Assembly: GCA_963980225.1 (NCBI GenBank) | Contig: CAXBYW010000003.1 | Coordinates: 32,431-96,430, forward strand | Length of the DNA: 64,000 bases | Direction: 5' to 3' | DNA from: an uncultured bacterium | GTDB lineage: Bacteria; Patescibacteriota; Microgenomatia; UBA1400; MFAQ01 | Shown: piece after piece, positions 1 to 9,904 of the stretch | Position numbering within the stretch: the first letter of the stretch is position 1 | Layout: each line of letters begins with the position of its first letter | Program-made: the position numbers and the translations under genes | The notes under the pieces: generated by a model | What the model was told of the DNA's origin: nothing | What the model saw: the letters and a program-made list of their open reading frames with translations, nothing else | Databases searched by the model: none

Positions 1-291
1 AAACACAAAGCTTATCGCTGCTGTGATCGCTATCGGTATAGGTAGATCTCCTGCCGCCAACGGTCTTTTTTTCTTAAAAGGATGTAACCTATCTGCCTTG
101 ATATCAACCAAGTCATTAAAGATATACACCCCACTAGACAATAGCGTAAAAGCCATCATGGCCAAGATTGTCTGCCAAAGCATTCCCGGGGCATATAAAA
201 GCCCAGAAAAAACCAAAGCTGCCATCAAAGCAAAATTCTTTAGCCACTGTCGCGGCCTGGTTGTCTTGAATAAAGCAATAAATATCTCCAT
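1..291 (-). CDS. UbiA-family prenyltransferase, N-terminal part (decaprenyl-phosphate phosphoribosyltransferase-like); the gene continues past the window start
   Basis: Hand translation of the minus strand from the ATG at 291 gives MEIFIALFKTTRPRQWLKNFALMAALVFSGLLYAPGMLWQTILAMMAFTLLSSGVYIFNDLVDIKADRLHPFKKKRPLAAGDL... This contains the RPxQW N-terminal motif and the NDxxDxxxD(R) Asp-rich motif that define UbiA/DPPR-synthase prenyltransferases. There is no stop codon before position 1. The ORF track omits it because it is partial. Its start overlaps the 3' end of the adjacent gene by about 50 nt. Confidence 0.65.
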   Translation of the reverse strand, partial: MEIFIALFKTTRPRQWLKNFALMAALVFSGLLYAPGMLWQTILAMMAFTLLSSGVYIFNDLVDIKADRLHPFKKKRPLAAGDLPIPIAITAAISFVF

Positions 292-1331
292 ATTAAAAAC
301 GCTGCCATTAATCCACCTAATCCTAACATTATTAAAAGCTTCTTTCTAGCATCTACTTGTAATGCCACCACCCCCAAGCCTAGGGTTGTCAGCCAATAAA
401 ATACTGCTACGCGTCTTTTTCCCCACCCCATTTTCATTAGTTTGTGGTGCAAATGACCCTTATCTCCCCAAACAGGAGACTTACCAGACAAGATCCGTCT
501 ACTAATTACATATATAGCATCAATCATAGGTATTCCTAAAACAACAATTAGTGTCCCAATCTTAGCTGTAGATAAAATAGACAAAACACCTAACAAAAGC
601 CCTGCCAAACTAGTTGCCGAATACCCAGGCATAATTTTTTGCGGAAAAAAACTAAACAAAGCCAGTCCAACAAAAGCCCCAGCCAAAGCAAAGGCTAAAA
701 TCGCCACCGGCCACTGGGCGATATCGGCATTGTAGTTTAATGAAATAAGCCCTACCGTTATGGCCGCAATTGCCACTACCCCACTAACCTGTCCGTCTAC
801 TCCCGAAGACCAATTGATGGCATTCATTAAAAAAGGAATCCAAAGTAAGGCAAATAAATCAGGCAAGACCCAGATCTCTCTTAAGCTTCCAAAAGCTGAA
901 AAAGAATATCTAGGCCAAGACAAATCAATTATTCCCCCAAATGGATTGGATACATAAGCAATACCTATACCAGAGGCCACTATGATCACGGCAGGTAAAA
1001 TATTTAGGATAACCCTCCAGTAGGGACTACTTCCTTTAATATCATCCCAAACACCAACTCCCAAGGTAACAAACATTGCTAAAAGAATAGCTACTATATG
1101 TTTATCTGGTTTGATCAGATAAAGTACTGCCACAGCTACAGCAATAAAGACTGCAACTCCACCACCTTTAGGGACGGGCGTCTTATGTATATGAGCAGGG
1201 TGTTTGCTTTTTTTAGGATCAATAACCCATCCCATTTTTTTAAACAACCAAATTATCAAAGGAATGATAACCAAACTTAAGGTCAACGAAATTAAAAAAG
1301 AAGATAAAATCAGTACTTCAATGGGTTTCAT
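240..1331 (-). CDS. GT4 polyprenyl-phosphate N-acetylhexosamine-1-phosphate transferase (WecA/TagO/MraY family, most like WecA/TagO)
   Basis: 363 aa polytopic membrane protein with a VWDDIKG Asp-Asp motif and C-terminal GHLHHKLMKMGW (the HxHHrLmxxG block of WecA/TagO; MraY has HHHFE). Confidence 0.7.
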   Translation of the reverse strand: MKPIEVLILSSFLISLTLSLVIIPLIIWLFKKMGWVIDPKKSKHPAHIHKTPVPKGGGVAVFIAVAVAVLYLIKPDKHIVAILLAMFVTLGVGVWDDIKGSSPYWRVILNILPAVIIVASGIGIAYVSNPFGGIIDLSWPRYSFSAFGSLREIWVLPDLFALLWIPFLMNAINWSSGVDGQVSGVVAIAAITVGLISLNYNADIAQWPVAILAFALAGAFVGLALFSFFPQKIMPGYSATSLAGLLLGVLSILSTAKIGTLIVVLGIPMIDAIYVISRRILSGKSPVWGDKGHLHHKLMKMGWGKRRVAVFYWLTTLGLGVVALQVDARKKLLIMLGLGGLMAAFLIWRYLLLYSRQPGRDSG

Positions 1332-1335
1332 GTTT

Positions 1336-1677
1336 TCAAATCATTAATCTTAAAACTTGAAAAAAACTAAGCAAATAAATCACCGTCAGGAAGAACCCTC
1401 CCCTGGCAAGTACAATACTGGCTCGAGCATCTTCTTTAGATAATCCTTTCGCTAGCCAAGCACATACACCTAACACCATCAGTACCACTCCTAAACTAGC
1501 ACCAAACCACACCTTACCAATTAACTGCTGTTCTCCCCAGGGTAAAGAATATAACCAAGGAATTTCTGGTGGAAGCTTCTTAAAAAGCCAAATAAAAATC
1601 CCCAATGTTAGTAAAACTAAAAAACCACCAGTAAAAATCCATCCACTGATACTATTTTGTTTTTCTTCCTTTTCCAT
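1336..1677 (-). CDS. small 3-4 TM membrane protein, possibly a GtrA-like polyprenyl-phospho-sugar flippase component
   Basis: 113 aa and hydrophobic. Sits between the GT-C and WecA-like genes on the same strand. Size and topology resemble the GtrA family. No diagnostic motif. Confidence 0.3.
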   Translation of the reverse strand: MEKEEKQNSISGWIFTGGFLVLLTLGIFIWLFKKLPPEIPWLYSLPWGEQQLIGKVWFGASLGVVLMVLGVCAWLAKGLSKEDARASIVLARGGFFLTVIYLLSFFQVLRLMI

Positions 1678-1681
1678 GCCC

Positions 1682-3160
1682 TTAATGTCTTAAATATATA
1701 CGAGCATCACTAATCTCTTCTACTAGGGCATAATTATCCACCAATATTCCTTCTAGTTGATCAAATCGTCTCTTTTCACTTGTCATTCTTACAATTATCC
1801 TAGGTTTCTCACTTAGTAAAAGTTCTGCTGTATGTTCAATCGCTTCAAAGTCAATTACATGGTAAGCCACGGTATACCTACCCACAGGTAAGGTGTCCGA
1901 CTCAAAATAAACAAATGGTTCATCTCCCCAGATAAAAATTCTCTCTCCAGGATCAGTCATATCTTTCAAGTAGGCCGCTAACTCTCTAGTTCTTTTTACT
2001 CTCCAATCAAAGCTGTCTGCATACTCATCATAACTTAGCCTTCCTCCAACCATCTTCACAAACTTACTATAGTAGCTAAATGTGGGGAAAAAATAAAACT
2101 TGTACTTAAAAATAGATAGAACAACTACAGCAAATACCATCACCGTCCACCACACTCGCTTAATCTTTTCTGCCGACATCCCAATTAGTAAACTTCCACT
2201 GGCTACCACTTGAAGTAAATAGTGAGGATAAGGCCTCTCCGACAACAATGCTCCAAACAAAGCAAACCAAGTCCAGGTCCAAACTAACTTGTACTTCCAG
2301 TTTAACTTCTTAGCCTTAAAGAAGAAAACTGCCATTATCAAAAACAAGATAAGACCCCTTATCGCCAACCCCGACTGGGTGGAAGCTCCACTCTTGGTAA
2401 TACTTCCCGTTCTCCAACTAGATAGGTAACCAATATTTTGTAAGAAAGCTGCTACCAAGTATTCTTGTCCTGCCCCCTTAAACCAGTAGTAAGCAAGACT
2501 TAAAACAATTGGAAATAAAAATCCCCCCAAGACAAGCCACCATCTTACTTGCTTAAGTGAAGCAAACATCTCTTTAAGGTTTTTGTTAGCCAGAACAATA
2601 AAGAAAAATCCTAATCCCAAAAACTCAAACAATGCCGGTACCTTAAATAAAAATGCCACAGAGAACATCATCCCAGCCAAAACATACTTCCACTTTGCTA
2701 TTTTTTTTGACCAACCATCTATCAACAGGCTTACTCCTAAAATAGTTGGCAAGATCATAAATATCTCAGCATTAGCAATGTTTCCTTCTATAACTGGAAG
2801 GGTAGTAAAAATCAAAAAACATACCAAACTTACTCTCTGCCACGTCTTTTTCTCTACTAATTTCTTAATTAATTTATCAAACACCACCAAAGTCACAGCC
2901 ATCCACACCAATAAAAGAGCCCTAAAGTATGCCACGCTATTGGTTAAGGCAGCCAGTAAGTATAAAAGTGGTGGCTTATTATCATGAATTTCTCTGTACC
3001 ACAAAAGTCCCTTCCTGAAACCGCTACCCATTACCAGGTATATACCTTCATCTCCATACCACCCCGGCTCAAAAATAGAAGGTATTCTTAAAAGACTTCC
3101 AAGAAGTATCAATACCACTAAAAGCTCATTTTTCCTAATCCACTCAATTACTCTTTTCAT
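1682..3160 (-). CDS. GT-C fold glycosyltransferase (ArnT/PMT family, GT39/GT83-like)
   Basis: 492 aa with about 11 predicted TM helices. The first loop carries the WYGDEGIY (DE) motif typical of PMT/ArnT enzymes that use polyprenyl-phosphate sugar donors. A C-terminal soluble domain follows. Confidence 0.65.
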   Translation of the reverse strand: MKRVIEWIRKNELLVVLILLGSLLRIPSIFEPGWYGDEGIYLVMGSGFRKGLLWYREIHDNKPPLLYLLAALTNSVAYFRALLLVWMAVTLVVFDKLIKKLVEKKTWQRVSLVCFLIFTTLPVIEGNIANAEIFMILPTILGVSLLIDGWSKKIAKWKYVLAGMMFSVAFLFKVPALFEFLGLGFFFIVLANKNLKEMFASLKQVRWWLVLGGFLFPIVLSLAYYWFKGAGQEYLVAAFLQNIGYLSSWRTGSITKSGASTQSGLAIRGLILFLIMAVFFFKAKKLNWKYKLVWTWTWFALFGALLSERPYPHYLLQVVASGSLLIGMSAEKIKRVWWTVMVFAVVVLSIFKYKFYFFPTFSYYSKFVKMVGGRLSYDEYADSFDWRVKRTRELAAYLKDMTDPGERIFIWGDEPFVYFESDTLPVGRYTVAYHVIDFEAIEHTAELLLSEKPRIIVRMTSEKRRFDQLEGILVDNYALVEEISDARIYLRH

Positions 3161-3205
3161 CTACACTCCATCATACCAAAATCTACACGATCTACGTGTG
3201 GTTAA

Positions 3206-4999
3206 ATGTATGCAGTGAAAAGTCAAAGCAACCTAACCAGAATTCTATTTTTAGCCAAACCTTTTTGGGGTAAGTTAATTGGTGTTTCCTTTATCATCTT
3301 GTTAATGTCTGGCATCAGTCAGATTTACCCTCTCATCACCCGCTCTCTGACCGACCTAATCACCGAAGGAAAAACAAACTTCCTTTTTTTTAAAAATACA
3401 ACCTTCGTCTCCCTTATCATCCTCACTTTAATCTTAAGAGTTCTAGGTTCCATTCTTAATCGACTTTCTTGGTACTCCAGCAATCTTCTTAAAACCAAAC
3501 TACTGCACCACTTAAGAGAGATCGCCTACAAACACTTACTCAAGCTATCAATTGGTTTTTATAACCAAAATCAGTCTGGTAAAACGATGAGTAAACTAAC
3601 TCGAGGTACAGGCAACATCACCGGTATCATCACCAACGTCGGCATGCATTTTTTACCCAACATGATCACAGCAATAATCTCTATCATAATCGTGTCTTCA
3701 ATTAACTTGCCGCTAGGTATTGCTTCCGTCAGTATGTTTATCCCGTTCTTCATCATTCGCCGACTTACTTTCAAAAAACTAGAAAAAGTAGAAAAGAAAA
3801 GCCAAAAAACTTGGGACAGAGAATACAGTCACTTTTGGGAAGTCCTTACTAACATACGTCTAGTCAAGGCATTTTCTGCAGAAAAAATTGAATTAAAAAA
3901 ATTCTACAGAACGGTCAAGAAGTTAATTGGTTTACGGACAAACATGGAAAAAATTCACAATAAAAACCAGCTGGCAGACATCACAATGGAAGTCTGGATG
4001 ACGGGTATTATTGCTTACTCATTTTACTTAGGATTAATAGGACACTTCACCATAGGCACCGTTATTTTAATGGTTCAATATACTAGAATGATCAGGCAAC
4101 CTCTCTGGAACCTGTCTTGGGTTTTCTGGGAAATGAAATTTGCTCAGATTGGTGTAAAAGACTATCTAAAGATATTAGACCAAAAAATAGATATTAAAGA
4201 AATAGGTTCGCCCATTGCTCCGACAAAAATAAAAGGGGATGTATCCTTTGATAACATCTGGTTTAAATATCCGGACAAAACCGGACAAAAAGTATTTGAA
4301 AACATCAGTTTCCAAGTGCAGTCCGGCCAGATCTTGGCTCTAGTTGGTAAATCTGGAGTAGGTAAGTCAACGATCGCTCATTTAATGGTAAGGTTCTTTG
4401 ACCCAGATCAAGGTCACATAAAAATAGACGATATTGATTTGCGAGACCTGCCATTAAAGTTTTTAAGGCAAAACATAGGTTTGGTAAGCCAAGATAGTCA
4501 CTTATTCGATACCACCATAGCAGAGAACTTAAGATACGGCTTGCCCTCTGCCACCATCAAGCAGATGAGGCAGGCATGCAAGGCGGCCAACGCGCTTGAG
4601 TTTATCAACAAACTACCCAAAAAACTAAACACGGTTATAGGTGAAAGAGGGGTCAGGCTTTCTGGTGGTCAAAAACAACGCCTTTCAATCGCCCGCACGA
4701 TTTTAAAAAATCCAAAGATCTTGATACTAGACGAAGCCACCTCGTCACTGGATTCCCACTCAGAAAAGCTCGTCCAAGATGCTCTGTGGAAATTAATTAA
4801 AGGTAGGACTGCCATCATTATTGCCCACCGCCTATCAACTATTCAAAGAGCCGATAAACTCCTTGTCTTAGATCACAAGAAAATAGCCGAGATAGGCAGC
4901 CATCAAGAACTTCTCGACAAAAAAGGACTCTACTACCAATTACACCAACTTCAGACTACCGAACCAGACAAATTAAAAAACTGGGATATCACAAGTTAA
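3206..4999 (+). CDS. ABC transporter, fused permease and ATPase (MsbA/exporter type)
   Basis: N-terminal 6-TM domain, then Walker A GKSGVGKST, ABC signature LSGGQKQR, Walker B ILILDEATS and an H-loop AHR. Confidence 0.9.
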   Translation: MYAVKSQSNLTRILFLAKPFWGKLIGVSFIILLMSGISQIYPLITRSLTDLITEGKTNFLFFKNTTFVSLIILTLILRVLGSILNRLSWYSSNLLKTKLLHHLREIAYKHLLKLSIGFYNQNQSGKTMSKLTRGTGNITGIITNVGMHFLPNMITAIISIIIVSSINLPLGIASVSMFIPFFIIRRLTFKKLEKVEKKSQKTWDREYSHFWEVLTNIRLVKAFSAEKIELKKFYRTVKKLIGLRTNMEKIHNKNQLADITMEVWMTGIIAYSFYLGLIGHFTIGTVILMVQYTRMIRQPLWNLSWVFWEMKFAQIGVKDYLKILDQKIDIKEIGSPIAPTKIKGDVSFDNIWFKYPDKTGQKVFENISFQVQSGQILALVGKSGVGKSTIAHLMVRFFDPDQGHIKIDDIDLRDLPLKFLRQNIGLVSQDSHLFDTTIAENLRYGLPSATIKQMRQACKAANALEFINKLPKKLNTVIGERGVRLSGGQKQRLSIARTILKNPKILILDEATSSLDSHSEKLVQDALWKLIKGRTAIIIAHRLSTIQRADKLLVLDHKKIAEIGSHQELLDKKGLYYQLHQLQTTEPDKLKNWDITS

Positions 5000-5004
5000 G
5001 TTTC

Positions 5005-6507
5005 TTAAACCTTTTCCGTCACTCTATACTCCAGGTACTTTCCAAGCATCAACCTAGTATGGGCATCAATCCCTGGTATTGCGGAAAAGAAAAAACCTAC
5101 CACGGGCAACAATATAAACTCGAAGGGAGACAACACTCTTCTCCACCAAGATAACCCCTCTACTTTTGGTCTAGCCTTTAAATCAACCACAATGATCGCC
5201 AGGAGGCTTACCAAGCTTAACGTAAGGATAGCCGATGCCACCTGAGGCAACGTCTTTCCAATCACTGTTCTAGAGAACTTATCGTTAAGTAATGGTGGTA
5301 GAGTAGCTCCTAAGGTAATAATAAACCAGTTTACTGGCCACAACATATGGTCTTCCAAAACCTTAAGAACCCTTATCGTCTTGTCCCAAAACGGAGCCTT
5401 CTCATCTAATATATATTTTTTAATAATATAGACATCATCACTTGCTCCCCAAGCCCATCTTTTTACTTGTTCATATGTATTAGTGAATGTGTTCCAGAAG
5501 CCATCAGCTTCTGCCGCATCAGCAAAAATGGGTAAGAATATTGGTTCTACCTCTACTTCTCCGTCAGTTGCAAAATAAGTTTTAAAGAAAATTCTATAGT
5601 CTTCTGGTATTACATCACTATCCCAGTATCCTACCTCATCCATTAACTTAAGACTCAAGGTGTAGGTCGAGAAGTTTATCAGCCTGTCAGGCCTCATTAA
5701 TGTACCCATATTAATTACACTGGCTATTCTGTTGAACACTCTCATTGGTGCAGGTATTTTTTCAATATTGTTATAGAACATAATTGCTCCTTGCCAAATG
5801 GTTCGATATTTCCTAGGACTGTCCAAAAACTTGTATGTTAGAGCTGCCACATGATTGGGGTGAAGTAAAACATCACAGTCAAGTGAAGAAATAGTCATCT
5901 TGTCCATCTCCCAATCTTTATGTTTCTTCATCTCCTTCAAAAAGGTCTTGGCACCCCAAGCAGCATTTGAAGACTTACCTACTACCTCTCCCTTTATATT
6001 CGCCGGATGGTAAGAAAAAATTAATTTAGCAAACTTTCCTTTAAACTTTTTTTCTAACAACTCTCTTCTTGTTTCATTTATCTCTTTTCCCGCTCTTTCC
6101 TCAAAGGCAATCACCGGTATTATCTGCTTAGAACTTAATGTCTGTGAAGCCAGAGCCTTCAGTGTTCTTTCTAGTGTTGTGCCAGGCTCCTTGTAAGTAG
6201 GGATGACAATAGTATGATAAACCCTTTTCCAGTCTTTAAAACCTTTAACATCTCCCATCCAGGAATACCTCTTATTAGCTTCGATTCTAAAGTGAGACAT
6301 TACTGCAAAAATAGCCATAGTTACCGATCGATACAACCAGTAAATATCAAAGATAATAATAAAATAAGCTAACCCCAAAGGCCACAAAAAAGATCCCCAA
6401 ACTGGGAAAGAAATTAAACTCCAGCTCACAAAGCCTGGTAGTATCTCCAGAGCCCTATGGCTTTTGTTAGGATATCTTTTTATTAACTTCCTAAACAGAA
6501 CAAACAT
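5005..6507 (-). CDS. membrane-embedded processive family-2 glycosyltransferase (cellulose/chitin-synthase-like)
   Basis: N-terminal TMs, IPTYKE near the start of the GT2 domain, a DCD (DxD) motif, a QVKRW (QxxRW) motif, and C-terminal TM helices. Confidence 0.55.
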   Translation of the reverse strand: MFVLFRKLIKRYPNKSHRALEILPGFVSWSLISFPVWGSFLWPLGLAYFIIIFDIYWLYRSVTMAIFAVMSHFRIEANKRYSWMGDVKGFKDWKRVYHTIVIPTYKEPGTTLERTLKALASQTLSSKQIIPVIAFEERAGKEINETRRELLEKKFKGKFAKLIFSYHPANIKGEVVGKSSNAAWGAKTFLKEMKKHKDWEMDKMTISSLDCDVLLHPNHVAALTYKFLDSPRKYRTIWQGAIMFYNNIEKIPAPMRVFNRIASVINMGTLMRPDRLINFSTYTLSLKLMDEVGYWDSDVIPEDYRIFFKTYFATDGEVEVEPIFLPIFADAAEADGFWNTFTNTYEQVKRWAWGASDDVYIIKKYILDEKAPFWDKTIRVLKVLEDHMLWPVNWFIITLGATLPPLLNDKFSRTVIGKTLPQVASAILTLSLVSLLAIIVVDLKARPKVEGLSWWRRVLSPFEFILLPVVGFFFSAIPGIDAHTRLMLGKYLEYRVTEKV

Positions 6508-7259
6508 AAGCTATTTTTAGTTGTTTGATTAATTAAACTGCTCAAACTAATACCTAAAGTACTAGCCATGAACTTAGCCGTTATTTTAACATTTTTAGGC
6601 TCATTTGTCTCTCCTCGCACTGGTTCAGGTGATAAATAAGGTGAATCAGTCTCTAAAACCAATCGATCTAAAGGAGTCTCTTTTAACATATCTCTAAGCA
6701 ATCCATTACTTTTGTATGTTATGTTTCCACAGAAACTTACATAGAATCCTTTTCTTAAAACATATTTTAAAAAATCCTTATCTCCACTCCAGCAATGAAA
6801 CTGTCCTCTAGGTAGTTCATCCATAGATTCAAAAACCTCAACAATCCCTTTCTCTGCCAATCTGTTATGAATTACTACGGGCAACTTAAGTTTAAGTGCT
6901 AATTCAAGCTGAGCTTTAAAAACTTCTTTTTCCAAAACAATATCTCTTTTATCCCAATAGTAATCCAGACCCACTTCACCAATCCCAACAATCTTTTTTT
7001 CTTTTTCAATTAATTCCTCTATCATCACAAGATCTCCTTTCCAGTCCTCAGATTTTCTAGCTTGTCCAGGGAAAATTCCAGCCAAACAAAATACATCATC
7101 ATACTTTTTAGTTATTTCAATAGCTCTTTTTAAATCAATCAGATTTTCAGTTGGTACAATAATTTTTTCGACTCCGGCATCCCTTGATCTTTTCAATACA
7201 TTGCCAATGTCTTTGTTAAGTTTGCCATTTGTCAAATGACAATGTGTGTCAATAAGCAT
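6483..7259 (-). CDS. tatD: TatD-family metal-dependent hydrolase/DNase
   Basis: MLIDTHCHL N-terminus and TatD-family length and motifs (GEVGLDYY). Confidence 0.85.
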   Translation of the reverse strand: MLIDTHCHLTNGKLNKDIGNVLKRSRDAGVEKIIVPTENLIDLKRAIEITKKYDDVFCLAGIFPGQARKSEDWKGDLVMIEELIEKEKKIVGIGEVGLDYYWDKRDIVLEKEVFKAQLELALKLKLPVVIHNRLAEKGIVEVFESMDELPRGQFHCWSGDKDFLKYVLRKGFYVSFCGNITYKSNGLLRDMLKETPLDRLVLETDSPYLSPEPVRGETNEPKNVKITAKFMASTLGISLSSLINQTTKNSLCLFCLGS

Positions 7260-8120
7260 GATGTTAGTATAATAGATGTAATGCTTAATAAAACAATTTT
7301 AATTACTGGTGTGTCATCAGGTTTTGGTTTCCACACAGCCAAGCTTTTAGCTTTGTCTGGTTACAACGTCTATGGCACAGTACGTAAAAAAGAAGACTTA
7401 AAAGTTTTTTATGGACTACCAAAAGACATAAGACCTAAAACAATAATTTTAGATGTTACTTGGTCTCAAGAAAAAATAACTCAAGTAGTCGACAAAATCA
7501 TTGAAAAAACAAAGAAAATAGACTGTCTGATAAATAATGCTGGTTATGGTCACATGGGTTGCATTGGTAGCTTTACCATTGAAGAAGTTAGACAACAATT
7601 CGATGTCAATTTATTTGGCGCATTCAAAATGATTTTTACTGTGCTTCCCAGTATGAGGAAGCATAATCAGGGGTTAATCATAAACGTTAGTAGTATTTCT
7701 GGTTTTGTCACCACTGCTTTTTACGGGATATATTCCTCCTCTAAGTTTGCTCTAGAAGCCTTAACTCAATCTTTGCGGGCAGAAGAATCCATTTTCAATA
7801 TCAATGCAGTCTCGGTTAATCCTGGTTCGTTTAAAACCAACTTCTGGGAAAACACTCGCTATCCAAGTTGTAAACACTTAAGTCCTAAATCAAAAATTAG
7901 AGGACTAAATAACAAAATAAAAAAATTCATCTCACAACTTGATCGTTATCAGGGTCCAAATAAAGTTGCCATTCAAATAAAAAAAATCATTGAAATAACC
8001 AACCCAAAAAGAAACTATCTAGTAGGTTATGATGCCAGACTCCTCTATGCAGTCCATAGGCTTTTACCCACATCAATCCAAGATTGGTTAATTAAAAAGT
8101 TTGTTAAACGGCTGGCTTAA
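7236..8120 (+). CDS. short-chain dehydrogenase/reductase (SDR)
   Basis: N-terminal TGVSSGFG Rossmann motif, NNAG, and a Y-x3-K catalytic pair (YSSSK). Confidence 0.8.
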   Translation: MTMCVNKHDVSIIDVMLNKTILITGVSSGFGFHTAKLLALSGYNVYGTVRKKEDLKVFYGLPKDIRPKTIILDVTWSQEKITQVVDKIIEKTKKIDCLINNAGYGHMGCIGSFTIEEVRQQFDVNLFGAFKMIFTVLPSMRKHNQGLIINVSSISGFVTTAFYGIYSSSKFALEALTQSLRAEESIFNINAVSVNPGSFKTNFWENTRYPSCKHLSPKSKIRGLNNKIKKFISQLDRYQGPNKVAIQIKKIIEITNPKRNYLVGYDARLLYAVHRLLPTSIQDWLIKKFVKRLA

Positions 8121-9528
8121 GTCTTTCAAATAGATTTGTACTCCTAACAACCTTTCCTTCCTTAAATTGCCTCAATATTTTTTCAGCCGTCTCTGGTACA
8201 AAAGGTTTAAGGTCAACTCCAATCTGTCTTATCTCGTTCACCAGGCCAATCAAAACCTCCTTCTTTTCTTCTCCATCAAGTTTCCAAACCTCTTTCTCAT
8301 TAATCAATTTATCAGCTTTTCTAACCCTGTCCCAAACCAACTCTAATGACTTATCAAACTCAAAACCCTCTAATTTCTCACTCACTTTTTTTGTCATCTT
8401 GTCCTGCCCAGGTCCAACTTCTAAAGAAACTCCTTCAGCCATTGCCGCCACTCTAGCTACTAAATTCCCCAAACCATTTACCAGGTCACTGGTATATGCC
8501 TCCTCAAACCTTTTCTCTGTGAAGTCGCTATCTTCAAATGGGGAAATTTTAGAAAGCAAAAAATATCTCAAGGCATCAGTGCCATATTTGTCTGTGTACT
8601 CAACTGGGTTCACCACATTCCCCACAGACTTACTCATTTTTTGCCCATCAGAAGTAATAAAACCATTAATTAAAATCTGCTTAGAAGTTACTAGTCCAGC
8701 CGCCATAAGCATTGCTTGCCACATGGCCGACTGTTGGCGTAAATTATCCTTGCCAGCAATCTGGGTTCCCGGCCACCACTTAGAAAAACTCTTCTCATTT
8801 TCTGGCCAACCTAAAGCAGATATGTAGTTTACTAAAGCATCAAACCAAACATAGGCAACCTGTGTTTCGTCTCCAGGAACCATCACTCCCCATGGCATTT
8901 TCTCTTTTAATCTGGAGATACTAAAATCCTTAAGACCAGATCCAACAAAGTTCTCAATCTCTTTTAGTCTATTAGAAGGAACAACAAAATCAGGATTTTC
9001 TTTGTAAAGTTTCAAAAGTGGCTTTTCAAAAGCCGAGAACTTAAAGAAGTAATTCTCTTCACTCCTAATCTCAAGCTTCTTTCCAGGATGGTCAGGGCAA
9101 AACCCATCTACTAAATCAGAATCTTGTTTTTCTAGCTCACACCCTACACAGTATTTAGCTTCATAGTTTTTTTTGTATATATATCCATTTTTATTCACTA
9201 TCTTCCAGAAATCCTGGGCTGCTTTTATGTGATTCTTATCAGTAGTTCTTATAAAGTTGTCATAAGACAGATTCAATGACTCCTTTAACTTACTAAACCT
9301 AGCAGCATACTTATCTACATATTCTTGTGGCTTCTTACCTGCTTCCAAAGCTTTTTGATAAATCTTCTGACCATGTTCATCCGTACCTGTATTAAAAAAT
9401 ACGTTATCTCCCAGCAATCTATGATATCTAGCTAAAACATCTGCCCTAACAATTTCCATAGCAAACCCAATGTGAGGGTCAGAGTTGACGTAAGGTAGGG
9501 TAGTTGTAATATAAAAATTTTGGCTCAT
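8104..9528 (-). CDS. metG: methionyl-tRNA synthetase (minimal form)
   Basis: HIGH-type motif (PYVNSDPHIGF) and KMSKS. Confidence 0.9.
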   Translation of the reverse strand: MSQNFYITTTLPYVNSDPHIGFAMEIVRADVLARYHRLLGDNVFFNTGTDEHGQKIYQKALEAGKKPQEYVDKYAARFSKLKESLNLSYDNFIRTTDKNHIKAAQDFWKIVNKNGYIYKKNYEAKYCVGCELEKQDSDLVDGFCPDHPGKKLEIRSEENYFFKFSAFEKPLLKLYKENPDFVVPSNRLKEIENFVGSGLKDFSISRLKEKMPWGVMVPGDETQVAYVWFDALVNYISALGWPENEKSFSKWWPGTQIAGKDNLRQQSAMWQAMLMAAGLVTSKQILINGFITSDGQKMSKSVGNVVNPVEYTDKYGTDALRYFLLSKISPFEDSDFTEKRFEEAYTSDLVNGLGNLVARVAAMAEGVSLEVGPGQDKMTKKVSEKLEGFEFDKSLELVWDRVRKADKLINEKEVWKLDGEEKKEVLIGLVNEIRQIGVDLKPFVPETAEKILRQFKEGKVVRSTNLFERLKPAV

Positions 9529-9535
9529 TACCTCA

Positions 9536-9901
9536 TTATAACGGCAAAATCTTTTTTATACCCTTCATAATTTTGCCACTAGTATCCTTTGCCCATTCAT
9601 CTGCCTTGATCCTCCTAATTATTTCCTGAAAACCAGGATTACTCAACGCCTCCGCTACAGTGGCAATTGTGGCAGAACTCACCTTAATATTATTTTTAAT
9701 ATTTTCATAACTTCTACCTTTGTCTAGATAAATTGCAATTCCCAGTCTTTTTAAAACAACTTCCTTCTCAGTTTCAGTTAGTAGGTCTTGCAAAATCATC
9801 TCTACCTCCTTAGGAGACTTAACCTCTGCCAACATTCCCAAGAACATATTTTTTAGTTGAAGGTTAAGGTTTTTATTTATCTTCTTTTTGGATAGCTGCA
9901 T
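9536..9901 (-). CDS. YerC/YecD (TrpR-like) family DNA-binding protein
   Basis: 121 aa. Its sequence pattern matches the Trp-repressor-like YerC/YecD family that is widespread in CPR genomes. Confidence 0.6.
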   Translation of the reverse strand: MQLSKKKINKNLNLQLKNMFLGMLAEVKSPKEVEMILQDLLTETEKEVVLKRLGIAIYLDKGRSYENIKNNIKVSSATIATVAEALSNPGFQEIIRRIKADEWAKDTSGKIMKGIKKILPL

Positions 9902-9904
9902 GCT

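Noticed and set aside
23-349. 108-aa plus-strand ORF at the window start
   Set aside because: It is a shadow ORF. The opposite strand encodes a conserved UbiA-family N-terminus (RPRQW, NDxxDxxxDR) and the 3' end of the WecA-like gene.
2583-2987. Plus-strand 134-aa ORF inside the GT-C gene
   Set aside because: It lies antisense inside a well-supported 492-aa membrane glycosyltransferase. It has no motif and reflects the AT-rich codon composition.
4261-4290. Tandem 10-bp duplication CCGGACAAAA x2
   Set aside because: It lies inside the ABC transporter coding sequence, where it encodes PDKTGQK. Coincidental, with no structural signal.
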